A DNA stretch of 64,000 nucleotides from Methylophilaceae bacterium (GTDB lineage: Bacteria; Pseudomonadota; Gammaproteobacteria; Burkholderiales; Methylophilaceae). Position 1 is the first letter of the stretch. The number at the start of each line of letters is the position of its first letter. The DNA lies in contig JBJPGD010000021.1 of assembly GCA_048595445.1 (NCBI GenBank), positions 54,196-118,195 on the forward strand. Reading direction: 5' to 3'. Below are positions 1-9,780 of the stretch, in pieces. The notes under the pieces were generated by a model, which was not told the DNA's origin, did no database searches, and saw only the letters and a list, made by a program, of their open reading frames with translations. Position numbers and translations under genes: made by a program.

Positions 1-48
1 GGTTTGAAATTGGCAAAAACACACGGTGAAGAAGGCATGTTTGGTTAA
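1..48 (+). CDS. 3' end of an unidentified CDS entering from upstream (...GLKLAKTHGEEGMFG*)
   Basis: Frame +1 is open from base 1 to TAA at 46-48. Only 15 codons are visible, so the product is not identifiable. Confidence 0.25.
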   Translation, partial: GLKLAKTHGEEGMFG

Positions 49-66
49 TGCTAATTAAAAAGGTAA

Positions 67-732
67 ATGAAAATGAAACAATTTAGAAGCGTGTTAATGA
101 TTACAGCTTTATGCACCACGTTGCAAGCGTTTGCTGACACACAAGTTAATGTAGTGGGGTTGTTTAGTAATAAAGCGCTACTCATGATTAATGGCAGTGG
201 CCCACATAGTATGAGAGCAGGACAAACTAAAAACGGTGTTAAATTAGTCTCAGCCAATAGTAATGCAGCGACGCTAGTAATAGAAGGTAAGCGCCAAGTG
301 TTGAAAATGGGGCAAGCGGCCTCTGTCGGCGGTAGCAGCTCTGCATCTGGTGGCGGTGTTAATAGCCCGGTGAGTCTGTATGCAGATAGGGCTGGCCATT
401 TTTATGGAAAATTAACCATTAATGGCGCATCATTAAAATATGTAGTGGACACAGGTGCAACGACGGTTGCCATGAATAGTGGTGATGCAAAATATGCTAA
501 AATTGATTACACAAAGGGTCAAAAGGTTCGTATGTCCACAGCCAATGGTGTAATACCTGCTTATAATGTGAAGCTTAATACACTCAAGATTGGTACGATC
601 GTGTTAAATAATGTAACAGCCACAATAATAGAGGGGGGCTCTCCACCTGTTGTACTGCTAGGAATGTCTGCTCAAAATAGATTGGATGTTAGGCGCGAAA
701 ACTCCATCATGACGCTAACCAAAAAGTATTAG
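67..732 (+). CDS. secreted retropepsin-like (clan AA) aspartic protease
   Basis: Signal peptide MKMKQFRSVLMITALCTTLQAFA. Gly/Ser linker. Catalytic VVDTGAT motif in a roughly 110-aa C-terminal domain. Confidence 0.75.
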   Translation: MKMKQFRSVLMITALCTTLQAFADTQVNVVGLFSNKALLMINGSGPHSMRAGQTKNGVKLVSANSNAATLVIEGKRQVLKMGQAASVGGSSSASGGGVNSPVSLYADRAGHFYGKLTINGASLKYVVDTGATTVAMNSGDAKYAKIDYTKGQKVRMSTANGVIPAYNVKLNTLKIGTIVLNNVTATIIEGGSPPVVLLGMSAQNRLDVRRENSIMTLTKKY

Positions 733-750
733 GTGAAAAAATTAACAAAT

Positions 751-779
751 AAAAAAACGGGCTAATGCCCGTTTTTTTA
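751..779. terminator. bidirectional rho-independent terminator
   Basis: AAAAAAACGGGC-taat-GCCCGTTTTTTT hairpin between convergent genes. Confidence 0.7.
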
Positions 780-793
780 TGATGCAAAATTAC

Positions 794-997
794 TTATTTA
801 ACAACAAACGTCACTTTCAATACAACACGGTACTTAGTCACTTTTCCATCTTTTACTTTCACACTTTGGTCTTGCACCCAAGCGCTCGTAATTTCCTTGA
901 TGGATTCTGATGCTTTTGCTACACCGTTTGAAACCGCATCTTCAAAACTTTTATCACTTGAGGCGATTATTTCAATCACTTTTGCTACTGCCGACAT
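794..997 (-). CDS. dodecin-family small flavin-binding protein
   Basis: 67 aa. Pattern ...IEIIASSDKSFEDAV...KVKDGKVTKYRVVLKVTF is typical of dodecins. Confidence 0.7.
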   Translation of the reverse strand: MSAVAKVIEIIASSDKSFEDAVSNGVAKASESIKEITSAWVQDQSVKVKDGKVTKYRVVLKVTFVVK

Positions 998-1039
998 GTT
1001 TTTCTCCTTTTGTTGTAAATTAAGAATAATGGAACTTTA

Positions 1040-1258
1040 TTAGCTTAAATATTTGATGGCTAGATTCACTAAGGTTACCACAGTTAATACAAAGATGACG
1101 GCACCAATAATGCCAGCAATAATGGCCTGGCTAGGTTTTATTTTGGCCACATCATCTTCATAACCTTTTTGCCCTCTAACACCAATCATGCTCCATAACA
1201 CAGCCTTGATGACTTGAAATATTGAAGCTGATTCTTTATTAGTAGTTTGTTCTTGCAT
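1040..1258 (-). CDS. small membrane protein (DUF2970-like)
   Basis: 72 aa. Contains the WSMIGVRG motif and one C-terminal TM helix. Confidence 0.55.
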   Translation of the reverse strand: MQEQTTNKESASIFQVIKAVLWSMIGVRGQKGYEDDVAKIKPSQAIIAGIIGAVIFVLTVVTLVNLAIKYLS

Positions 1259-1293
1259 GGTGATCCTTTTGTAAGTTCTAACGAGTTATATTA

Positions 1294-2091
1294 TTAACTT
1301 CTTTTGTCATGTTCAATTAGCGCGTAAGCAGAGTGGTTATGAATCGATTCAAAATTCTCGCTTTCTACGACGTAGGCATCAATACGTTTTTCATCGTTTA
1401 GTGCAGAGGCTACATCGCGCACCATATCTTCAACAAATTTAGGATTGTCGTAAGCGCGTTCAGTCACATATTTTTCATCTGGGCGTTTTAATAAACCATA
1501 TAGTTCGCAAGATGCTTGTTTCTCAACTAAAGCAATAATATCTTCTATCCAAATAAAGTCATTGATGCGAGCAGTAATCGTCACATGTGAGCGTTGGTTA
1601 TGTGCGCCGTAGTCAGATATTTTTTTGCTACAAGGGCATAAACTAGTCACAGGGACTAGTACCTTTACCGTGATGCTAAATTCATCGTCTTTAATCTCGC
1701 CGATAAAGGTCACATCGTAATCTAGTAAGCTATTAACCCCTGATACCGGTGCAGATTTATTGACAAAGTAGGGAAAACGCATTTCCACATGGCCAGACTT
1801 CGCTTCTAGCCGCTGCACCATTTCTCGTAGTATTGTTTCAAAAGACTCGACTGATATTGCACGCTCATTCATTTCGAGAATCTCAACAAACCGAGACATA
1901 TGTGTGCCTTTGAAATTATGTGGTAAGTGCACATACATATCAAAAACAGCAACTGTGTTCTGCTCACCACCATTTTTATCCTTTACAACGACAGGGTGGC
2001 GAATGGATTTAATACCAACCTTGTCGATGTCTAAGTGACGCACATCTGGTGTGTTCTGGACATCTTCAAGTTTGTTTTTAGGCTGGGTCAT
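1294..2091 (-). CDS. folE2: GTP cyclohydrolase FolE2 (type IB)
   Basis: Motifs GTHMSRF and [19 protein letters not shown] chose the ATG at 2091 over the TTG at 2127 used by the ORF track. Confidence 0.9.
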   Translation of the reverse strand: MTQPKNKLEDVQNTPDVRHLDIDKVGIKSIRHPVVVKDKNGGEQNTVAVFDMYVHLPHNFKGTHMSRFVEILEMNERAISVESFETILREMVQRLEAKSGHVEMRFPYFVNKSAPVSGVNSLLDYDVTFIGEIKDDEFSITVKVLVPVTSLCPCSKKISDYGAHNQRSHVTITARINDFIWIEDIIALVEKQASCELYGLLKRPDEKYVTERAYDNPKFVEDMVRDVASALNDEKRIDAYVVESENFESIHNHSAYALIEHDKRS

Positions 2092-2194
2092 AACAGAGAT
2101 TGTTCTCCAAAATTTAAAGTTATTCAATACAATTATTAATGGTTTACTTGTTTATAGCTGGTTTGAAATGGCTATTTTGATTGGCCATTTTTGT

Positions 2195-4060
2195 TTAGAG
2201 TAATGACAATTTTTTTTCAATGGCACGTGTAATCCCTGCACTATCAAGACCACATTCCGCAAGCATAGTTTCATGTACACCATGCTCGATGAAGGTATCA
2301 GGCAAGCCTAGGCATAGCATTGGCTTTGAAAGATTAAGCGCCTGCATCGCCTCCATTACCGCGGAGCCTGCACCACCCATCAAGCTATTTTCTTCCACTG
2401 TGACAATTAAATCATGCGTGTTAGACATTTCTGTAATCAGTTCAACATCTAAGGGTTTGATAAAACGCATGTTTGCTACAGACGCGTTAACTGTATCTGC
2501 AGCCTCTAAGCTTGGTGCAAGCATGCTACCAAAAGCTAAAATAGCTACTTTTTTGTCTTTTTTAATTGATGTTTGCCGAACTATTTCACCTTTGCCGATG
2601 GGTAGGGTCTCTAGTGCAGAAGAGATTGGTGCGCCTGTGCCTGTGCCGCGCGGATAGCGTACTGCTGCAGTGCCTTGGTAGTGGTGACCAGTTGTTAGCA
2701 TCTGTCTACATTCATTTTCATTGCTAGGCGCCATAATGACGATGTTTGGGATGCAACGTAGATAAGATAAATCAAAACTGCCAGCATGAGTAGGGCCATC
2801 TGCCCCGACTAAACCCGCGCGATCTATGGCAAAAAGTACGTTTAAGTTTTGTAATGCAATGTCATGAATCAGTTGGTCGTAAGCCCGTTGTAAAAACGTA
2901 CTGTAAATCGCAATAACAGGTTTTAACCCATCGCAAGCCATACCGCCAGCGAAAGTCAGTGCGTGCTGTTCTGCGATACCAACATCAAAATAACGATCTG
3001 GGTACTTTTGCTCAAAAGCGTTTAAGCCACTCCCATCACACATCGCGGGCGTAATGGCCACTAATTGATTGTCAATATCGGCCATATCGATGAGCCAGTC
3101 TGAAAACACTTGGGTGTAAGTTTTTTGTTCATTACCGGCATGTGCAACACCATTGCAAGGGTCAAATTTGCTGACACCATGATATTTGTTTGGGTCGTCT
3201 TCAGCGGGTTCAAAACCTTTACCTTTTTGCGTCACAATATGTAAAAATTGCATGCCGTTTAGTTCACGTATGTTATGTAACGTATCTAAAAGCGTATCCA
3301 TATTGTGCCCGTCTATTGGCCCAATATAATTAAAGCCAAACTCTTCAAAGAGTGTTCCGCCAGGGGTAACCATGCCTTTAGCATGTTCTTCTGCACGCCT
3401 AGCAAACTCTTTAACTGGCGGCACAATATCCAGCATGTGCTTGCCCGTTTTACGCACACGGTCATATAAACGGCCTGATAGCAGTTTGGCGAGGTAGTTG
3501 TTCAATGCGCCAACATTTTTAGAAATGCTCATGTCATTGTCATTTAAGATAACGAGTAGGTTGGCATTTGTTTCGCCAGCATTATTTAGCGCTTCAAATG
3601 CCATGCCCGCAGTCATGGCGCCATCGCCGATAATCGCAACGCTATGGCGATCAGAGTTTTCTTGTTTTGCAGCAACAGCCATACCTAACGCCGCAGAAAT
3701 AGAAGTGCTAGAGTGACCTGTACCAAACGTATCGTATTCACTTTCAGACTTTCTTGGAAAACCAGCAATGCCATTTTGTTTACGTAGATTGGCCATTTCT
3801 TCACGACGACCCGTTAGGATTTTGTGTGGGTAAGTTTGATGCCCAACATCCCACACAAGTTTATCGTCAGGTGTGTTGAATACATAATGTAAGGCAATGG
3901 TAAGCTCTACAACACCGAGGTTTGATGCTAAATGACCGCCCGTTTTTGAAACGCTATTAATCAAAAAGCTACGTAGTTCAGTAGCCAGTGTTTCTAATTG
4001 ATTACGTTCTAAGTGTCGCAACTCAACAGGGGAGTTAATAGTATGCAATAAGGAGGGCAT
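2195..4060 (-). CDS. dxs: 1-deoxy-D-xylulose-5-phosphate synthase
   Basis: 621 aa. ThDP motif [18 protein letters not shown]. Sits in the canonical xseB-ispA-dxs order. Confidence 0.97.
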   Translation of the reverse strand: MPSLLHTINSPVELRHLERNQLETLATELRSFLINSVSKTGGHLASNLGVVELTIALHYVFNTPDDKLVWDVGHQTYPHKILTGRREEMANLRKQNGIAGFPRKSESEYDTFGTGHSSTSISAALGMAVAAKQENSDRHSVAIIGDGAMTAGMAFEALNNAGETNANLLVILNDNDMSISKNVGALNNYLAKLLSGRLYDRVRKTGKHMLDIVPPVKEFARRAEEHAKGMVTPGGTLFEEFGFNYIGPIDGHNMDTLLDTLHNIRELNGMQFLHIVTQKGKGFEPAEDDPNKYHGVSKFDPCNGVAHAGNEQKTYTQVFSDWLIDMADIDNQLVAITPAMCDGSGLNAFEQKYPDRYFDVGIAEQHALTFAGGMACDGLKPVIAIYSTFLQRAYDQLIHDIALQNLNVLFAIDRAGLVGADGPTHAGSFDLSYLRCIPNIVIMAPSNENECRQMLTTGHHYQGTAAVRYPRGTGTGAPISSALETLPIGKGEIVRQTSIKKDKKVAILAFGSMLAPSLEAADTVNASVANMRFIKPLDVELITEMSNTHDLIVTVEENSLMGGAGSAVMEAMQALNLSKPMLCLGLPDTFIEHGVHETMLAECGLDSAGITRAIEKKLSLL

Positions 4061-4082
4061 AGATTAAGTGGTCGCTTCTCTT

Positions 4083-5006
4083 TTAGAAGCTACGCTGCGT
4101 GATGAAGTTGGCTAAGTGCCTCAAAAGGTCTGCTTCAGGGCCATAAAAAGACAAGGCTGCCATTGCATTGGCATGTAATTCATTGGCGAGCTCTTTTGCT
4201 TCATCTAAGCCTAAGATTGTGACATAGGTTGATTTGTTACTTTCAGCATCTTTGCCAGCTGTTTTGCCTAACGTTTCTGTGTCGGCTTCAGTATCTAAAA
4301 TGTCATCGACAACTTGGAAAGCTAGGCCAATTGACTTTGAAAAATGATCAGCTGCAGAAATTTTCTCTTCATTTTGACGGTATGCACTATAAGTGCCCAT
4401 TAACGTTGCCGCACGAATTAATGCACCTGTTTTATGAATATGCATTGTTTCTAGTTCGATCTTTGTTAAGGGAATGCCGACACTATCGATGTCTATCGCC
4501 TGACCCCCTGCCATACCACTGGAACCTGTTGCCAAGGCCAATATATGTAGCATTTTAATTTTTTGCGGGCTTCTAATATTAAGATCTTGAGAAATTAATT
4601 GAAAAGCTAAACTTTGAAGCGAGTCACCAACCAATAGCGCGATGGCATCCCCATATTTTTTATGCGTAGAAGCTTTGCCACGGCGTAAATCATCATCGTC
4701 CATGCACGGCATATCATCATGTACCAGTGAGTATGCGTGGATGAGCTCTACTGCAGCGGCAGCAGAGTCAACTTTTTCAGTATCTGCACCGCAAAACTCG
4801 CCTGCCGCATAAGCGAGCAATGCGCGTACACGTTTGCCACCACCTAGCGTTGCATATCGCATTGCCTCATGTAAGCGGGTTGGCTGGGTGTCTGTAGCTG
4901 GTAGGTGTTGATCTAAAACGCCCTCAATATGCAATTGCATACTGTCAACCCAAGTATTAAACGCTTGCGTTTGATTTTCTACTGTGGCTTCGGTAGCACT
5001 TGGCAT
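4083..5006 (-). CDS. ispA: (2E,6E)-farnesyl diphosphate synthase
   Basis: Two Asp-rich motifs, LVHDDMPCMDDDDLRRG and FQVVDDILD. Confidence 0.93.
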   Translation of the reverse strand: MPSATEATVENQTQAFNTWVDSMQLHIEGVLDQHLPATDTQPTRLHEAMRYATLGGGKRVRALLAYAAGEFCGADTEKVDSAAAAVELIHAYSLVHDDMPCMDDDDLRRGKASTHKKYGDAIALLVGDSLQSLAFQLISQDLNIRSPQKIKMLHILALATGSSGMAGGQAIDIDSVGIPLTKIELETMHIHKTGALIRAATLMGTYSAYRQNEEKISAADHFSKSIGLAFQVVDDILDTEADTETLGKTAGKDAESNKSTYVTILGLDEAKELANELHANAMAALSFYGPEADLLRHLANFITQRSF

Positions 5007-5012
5007 CTAGGT

Positions 5013-5249
5013 TTATTCTTTATCTTGACTAAACGTATTTAGCTGGTTTGTTTCAGAAACAATACGCACTTGCTGCTCGGCTTCAGTGAGTGATTGCTGG
5101 CATATTTTTAAGAGCTCTGCACCACGCTTGTAAGCAGTTAACGATTGCTCTAGTGGAAGATTTTCAGATTCCATTTGATTGACAATCGTTTCCAGCTCGG
5201 CAATAGCAGCTTCGTAGTTAGGCGGTGTTGCTAGGTTTTTATTTGGCAT
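5013..5249 (-). CDS. xseB: exodeoxyribonuclease VII small subunit
   Basis: 78-aa helical protein (FEAAIAELE-type N-terminus) located upstream of ispA-dxs. Confidence 0.9.
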   Translation of the reverse strand: MPNKNLATPPNYEAAIAELETIVNQMESENLPLEQSLTAYKRGAELLKICQQSLTEAEQQVRIVSETNQLNTFSQDKE

Positions 5250-5344
5250 ACTTGGTATTTTGCATGTTAGCGCGTCAAATTAACGTTGTCGTTAGTAGTG
5301 CTATTTTAACAAAAATTTCCAGCTGCTTGCGTGCTAAAAAACAA

Positions 5345-5998
5345 TCATTCAGTAATGGCACATAAAAACTTGCCAATTTCGCTAATCTCATCGATCGAGA
5401 CACTATGTGCGATTGGGTATTCATGCCATTGCACTTGATATTGCTCTGCTTGTAATTGTGCTAGCGAAACATGGCAGGTTTCCATGCTAATCACTTCATC
5501 ATGCGTACCGTGTGCCATCATGATTGGGGTGTGTTGGTTGTCTGGAGATTTTTCAGCTGAAAATGCTGATTTAAGTGGCAGATAAGTGGAGAGTGCTACC
5601 ACACCTGCTAAGGTTTTTTGATAGCGCAGCGCAGTATGTAAGGCAATCGCACCGCCTTGAGAAAAGCCTGCCAGTACGATTTTATCGCTAGGAATACCTT
5701 TAGCAAGCTCATTGCCTATTAAACGTTCAATATAAGCCTGAGATTCACGAATACTTGCTTCATCCTCAAGACTATCAAGCGTACGCCCCAAAACATCATA
5801 CCAAGCGCGCATTTCGACGCCATTGTTAATGGTGACTTTTCGGTAAGGCGCATGGGGTAGAATGAAGCGAAGGTGCGGTAGTTTTAACATTTCCACCACA
5901 GGAACGAAGTCATTACCATCTGCACCTAAGCCATGTAGCCAGATAACGCTGCCAGAAGGGTCGATGATATTTCCTATTTCAATTGGACTGTCGGCCAT
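5345..5998 (-). CDS. alpha/beta-hydrolase carboxylesterase/phospholipase
   Basis: WLHGLGADGNDF and nucleophile elbow GFSQGG. The ATG at 5998 gives about 217 aa; the ORF-track start at 6022 is a TTG. Confidence 0.8.
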   Translation of the reverse strand: MADSPIEIGNIIDPSGSVIWLHGLGADGNDFVPVVEMLKLPHLRFILPHAPYRKVTINNGVEMRAWYDVLGRTLDSLEDEASIRESQAYIERLIGNELAKGIPSDKIVLAGFSQGGAIALHTALRYQKTLAGVVALSTYLPLKSAFSAEKSPDNQHTPIMMAHGTHDEVISMETCHVSLAQLQAEQYQVQWHEYPIAHSVSIDEISEIGKFLCAITE

Positions 5999-6296
5999 CT
6001 CGTGTCTTTTTAATTGATTCAATCATGACGTTATTTTAGGTGATAATGAATCAATTTAATCAAAATTGTAATGATAAATTAACAAAGCCAATTGGCAGCC
6101 TGTGCAAGATGACGAAACCACCATATTAATTGCTTTAATTTAATGGTGGTTAACTTATACATTCACCATCTGAATATTGGCCATCTCAAATGTAGGTAGG
6201 GATGATAAAATGTTGATTGAAAGTGTTACAAACTACGCAACAGCTTACTGTCTCAGTAAGTATTAGGACTTTAACTTTTAAAAAGATAATTAATTC

Positions 6297-7373
6297 ATGG
6301 AACAACCAGTTGATGCTAACAAGCCCTTGATGGCGGGAAGAAAGCTGTTGGCGACTTTGTCGCCAATGAATAAGCTATCCACTAGCCGATTGGATGAATT
6401 AGCAGAAGTCGCCATTGTTGAGGAGGTTAGTAAAGATTTAGATCCAACGCGCCTAAGCGACCAAGTGCTGGAATCCCTTTACTTGGTTAAAGGTGATTTA
6501 GGTATTCGCTATGAAAATGGTAAAAAAATTGTATTACGTGGCGGTACGCCAGCGGCAAAACATCCTATCGCTTCAGAGCGCCTTAAGATTAAAGATACCA
6601 TCGCCATTTCACCGATTGAGATCACCCGTATCGATTTGGACTTGTTAGATATTATGCTGACATGGGATCAGATTTCTGGCGGCGCTCAAGCATCCAAAGA
6701 AAACGTGCCGCAAAGTGGTTTTAAAATAGATGGTGAACGCTTCAAAGCCTTTAAGCTTAAAAATAGCGTATTCGATAAAATTCCAGCGGCTAATATAGAG
6801 CGTTTATTTAGTTGCTTAACCAGTGTGGATGTTAAAGCAGGACAAACAATTATTACTCAAGGGCAAGAAGGAGATTATTACTACCTCATTCACCAGGGCA
6901 CCGCTGTAGTAAGCCGCATTATAGATGTCAGCCAGCCGCCAGTCTTGTTGGCTGAGATTACAGATAATGATACCTTTGGCGAAGAAGCCTTAGCATCAGA
7001 TACGAAACGTAATGCAACCATTAAAATGAAAACAGATGGCCAGTTGCTACGTTTGAAAAAAGAAGATTTTATTGAACTGTTGAAAACACCAGTGGTGAAT
7101 ATGGTGAATATGGAACAAGCAAAACAGCGTGTAGAAAATGGCGCAGTATGGATGGATGTTCGCTTTGAATCGGAATTTGAATATCACCATATTAATGGTG
7201 CGATTAATGCACCAATCCATGAGCTGCGTAATAAAGTAGATTGGCTAGATCAAGATAAAGAATACATTGTTTATTGCCAAACAGGGCGACGCAGCTCAGC
7301 CGCCGCGTTTATATTAGCGCAGTTTGGAATAAGTGCAGTTGTATTAAAGGGTGGCACCAGATCAAGCAGTTAG
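6297..7373 (+). CDS. cyclic-nucleotide-binding domain / rhodanese fusion protein
   Basis: cNMP-binding signature FGEEALASDTKRNATIKM. C-terminal rhodanese with active-site loop YCQTGRRS. Confidence 0.75.
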   Translation: MEQPVDANKPLMAGRKLLATLSPMNKLSTSRLDELAEVAIVEEVSKDLDPTRLSDQVLESLYLVKGDLGIRYENGKKIVLRGGTPAAKHPIASERLKIKDTIAISPIEITRIDLDLLDIMLTWDQISGGAQASKENVPQSGFKIDGERFKAFKLKNSVFDKIPAANIERLFSCLTSVDVKAGQTIITQGQEGDYYYLIHQGTAVVSRIIDVSQPPVLLAEITDNDTFGEEALASDTKRNATIKMKTDGQLLRLKKEDFIELLKTPVVNMVNMEQAKQRVENGAVWMDVRFESEFEYHHINGAINAPIHELRNKVDWLDQDKEYIVYCQTGRRSSAAAFILAQFGISAVVLKGGTRSSS

Positions 7374-7394
7374 ATATACGCCAAATTTAATAGC

Positions 7395-8891
7395 TTAGTT
7401 TCGTTGTGGGTTTTCAACACGCCTTTTCTGCATCCAAATACGTGGGATAATATTGCTTGAGGGTAGCGAGAAGGCTCTTTCATTTACTCTTATATGTCTT
7501 TGATTACTGGTTAAACCACGGTTCAATTCAGGAAATGTAGACCATACCATTGCGACTAATACGACAATAGCAAAAACAGGTCTAAATCTTAGTTTGTTTT
7601 TTGGTGCTATATTTCTAAGCTTATACCAATCACCTTCTGTATATTGACCAATCATTAACCCAATGACAGTAAACATTAGCACTTGGCTGATTGGCATAAC
7701 AATAACGCCTTCTACCAATGAGTATGCGCCATTGGCAATGATGGTAAAGAATAAGATGATTGAGAAGTTTGAATTTAATTTAGATGTGCCTTGCAGTTTA
7801 TTCTTATTAAAGCGTTTAAACCAATAGCGGAAGCTCAAAGCCACAATTGTGAGCATAATAAAAGTGGCAGGTAAGCCAAATTCAGCAGCAAGTTGAAGGA
7901 TGCTGTTATGAGGGTGTGTTCCAAATTGGTTGTACCAATAATAGTGCATAGGACCTACACCTAGTAATGGGAAGTTATCTATCATGACAAGCGATACTTT
8001 CCATAAATCAATACGATCCGAAGTCATTGTTCTAAACACAGTGCTTGTAGTGATGGCGGTAGATTGCATTGATGCAGCTGATGCTGCGATCCAAACTGGG
8101 ATCATTTTGAACAAAACATAATATGCAGTTAGCCCTGTTACTGCGCTAATTAGTTGAATGCGTAAAAATGGCCAAGCGGCATTTTTGTAGATAATAGCAG
8201 TTGTAACCATAGCAACCAACCAGCCTAATACAACGCCGCGAGATGCTGCGTAATATAGCAATACCCACCAGCTGGTAAGTGCAAAATAAAGCCACATGCG
8301 CGTTTTTTGCTTAAGGTTAAAAGCTAGTAGTGGCAAGCAAATAAGCCCTAAACTCCAGAGCTGGTATTGTTGGAATAAACGGACGTTAGTAAATCCGTCA
8401 AGCGGGTCCGGCCAAGCCAATGGTTTTTTGACCACCATAGCTGTGATATAGCCTACATAAAATGACAACATATATAGCAGAATGCTTGCCCATAGTGCAT
8501 AGATTAGTCGCCTTATGAATTGATCTTTATCCGCCCGGTAACAGTGGGCCACAAATAAAGCAAGATAACACAATGCCGCAAATACACAGGTTTCTATAAT
8601 TGCTTGCCTGGGAGATATTGCGTTAAAAGATGAAGTTATTGCCAGTACTAAGACCGCATAAAGCCCGATGCGGATATTTTTATTGATGGACAATAAATGT
8701 TGTGGGTTGGTGCTAGCATTACTTGCATTGATTAGTACTAAACTGAGTAAAATTAATTGTAATACACGTTTGCAGTCATGAAATTCAATATACTGTATAA
8801 AATGTATACTAGGCGATAATACAATTGTTGTTACGAAAGCTATAAAAATTAAGTGCTTCGTAGCAGATTGGAAAGTTAAAGGTTTTATCAT
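7395..8891 (-). CDS. O-antigen ligase (Wzy_C) family membrane protein, candidate pilin O-oligosaccharyltransferase (TfpO/PglL-like)
   Basis: 498 aa with at least 10 TM helices and a periplasmic loop carrying a GTHPHNS-type ligase motif. Lies directly downstream of pilA. Confidence 0.65.
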   Translation of the reverse strand: MIKPLTFQSATKHLIFIAFVTTIVLSPSIHFIQYIEFHDCKRVLQLILLSLVLINASNASTNPQHLLSINKNIRIGLYAVLVLAITSSFNAISPRQAIIETCVFAALCYLALFVAHCYRADKDQFIRRLIYALWASILLYMLSFYVGYITAMVVKKPLAWPDPLDGFTNVRLFQQYQLWSLGLICLPLLAFNLKQKTRMWLYFALTSWWVLLYYAASRGVVLGWLVAMVTTAIIYKNAAWPFLRIQLISAVTGLTAYYVLFKMIPVWIAASAASMQSTAITTSTVFRTMTSDRIDLWKVSLVMIDNFPLLGVGPMHYYWYNQFGTHPHNSILQLAAEFGLPATFIMLTIVALSFRYWFKRFNKNKLQGTSKLNSNFSIILFFTIIANGAYSLVEGVIVMPISQVLMFTVIGLMIGQYTEGDWYKLRNIAPKNKLRFRPVFAIVVLVAMVWSTFPELNRGLTSNQRHIRVNERAFSLPSSNIIPRIWMQKRRVENPQRN

Positions 8892-8999
8892 GATTTATTT
8901 GTGGTCTCTATTATTGCTATTGCAGTGCGCCGAAAATACTAACATGGATTCTTAGTTGTTACTTGAGTTGAACGTGTCTTTAAAGTATGAGTGGATAAC

Positions 9000-9026
9000 A
9001 AAAAAGAGGCTTAAAGCCTCTTTTTT
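9000..9026 (-). terminator. rho-independent terminator after pilA
   Basis: AAAAAAGAGGC-ttaaa-GCCTCTTTTTT. T-runs are available on both strands. Confidence 0.65.
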
Positions 9027-9064
9027 GTTAGTGCTAATATTACAGCTAATAAATAATTATAAGC

Positions 9065-9406
9065 TTATAGCGAACAACTACCGTCAGCGTAATCACAAGT
9101 TACCGTACCTGTACCACGAGCTGCATTGCTGAATGTACCTGTACCAGTAGATAAAGTTGTTGGTAGAGTGCCAGTATCGCAAGCACTTAGTGCACTAGTT
9201 GACAATAGGCTAGTGTCGTTATTTGCATTTGCTGCAGCCATGCCACGAGCGATTGCAGTTCCTTCAGCTAAGCAAGCTGTGTCTGCAGATTTCTCTGTAT
9301 AGCTTGCATATTGTGGTAATGCTACCGCAGCCAGAATACCGATAATCGCAATAACGATCATCAACTCGATTAAGGTAAAACCTTGTTGTACTTTTTTCAT
9401 GTTCAT
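9065..9406 (-). CDS. pilA: type IVa major pilin
   Basis: Class III leader [33 protein letters not shown]. Four Cys, including a C-terminal loop [15 protein letters not shown] lies 6-7 nt before the ATG at 9406. Confidence 0.9.
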   Translation of the reverse strand: MNMKKVQQGFTLIELMIVIAIIGILAAVALPQYASYTEKSADTACLAEGTAIARGMAAANANNDTSLLSTSALSACDTGTLPTTLSTGTGTFSNAARGTGTVTCDYADGSCSL

Positions 9407-9497
9407 TATAATTTCCTTTATTAAAAATAATTTAGTATTACTAGTTAAGTTAAAACACACTAGAAGTAGTTAATACCAGTGCTTGCATAGTAATTAG

Positions 9498-9512
9498 CAA
9501 TGGCTGTGCCAA
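9498..9512 (-). promoter_or_regulatory. sigma-54 (-24/-12) promoter of pilA
   Basis: The minus strand reads TGGCACagccaTTGC, an exact TGGCAC-N5-TTGC match, about 90 nt upstream of the pilA ATG. Confidence 0.75.
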
Positions 9513-9613
9513 CTTTTAGTTTTAGTTAGTTTTAGTTATTAAGATACTGAAAGTAAAGGAAAATATATTATTTTGTTGGGATTTTTGTAAGTATTTTAGG
9601 TGTTTTGAGTGAC

Positions 9614-9642
9614 AAAAAAGCGGAGATAATCTCCGCTTTTTT
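9614..9642. terminator. rho-independent terminator (downstream of the SRPBCC gene)
   Basis: AAAAAAGCGGAG-ataat-CTCCGCTTTTTT. Confidence 0.7.
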
Positions 9643-9780
9643 ACATAGTGTGACATTTTCTGTCACTGTTTGCCAATTTACTTTACCAAAATTTCCACCA
9701 TGGTTTTTTTACTACTGTTTTTTTACTTGCGCTGGCTTTTTCATCTGAAGCATTGGAAGTTGCGCTTGCCTCCGAGCTAG

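Noticed and set aside
6093-6108. Sigma-54-like TGGCAGcctgTGCA upstream of the cNMP-rhodanese gene.
   Set aside because: The GG-to-GC spacing is two nt too short for a -24/-12 promoter, and the TTGC element is absent.
9407-9460. N-terminal extensions proposed by the ORF track for pilA. The same issue applies to proC 25879-26022, nadC 19197-19262, lolD 40852-40911, folE2 2092-2127, the esterase 5999-6022 and ycaR 52829-52834.
   Set aside because: Internal ATGs give canonical family N-termini, such as the pilin leader [10 protein letters not shown] and the Rossmann start MKLAFIGGGN. They also have better SD spacing and/or remove overlaps with upstream genes.
9514-9540. TTTTAG/TTAG tandem tract considered as a phase-variable microsatellite or mini-CRISPR.
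   Set aside because: The units are irregular (TTTTAG, TTTTAG, TTAG, TTTTAG, TTATT) and the tract is only 27 bp long. It sits adjacent to the -24 element, so it is more simply AT-rich bendable promoter DNA.
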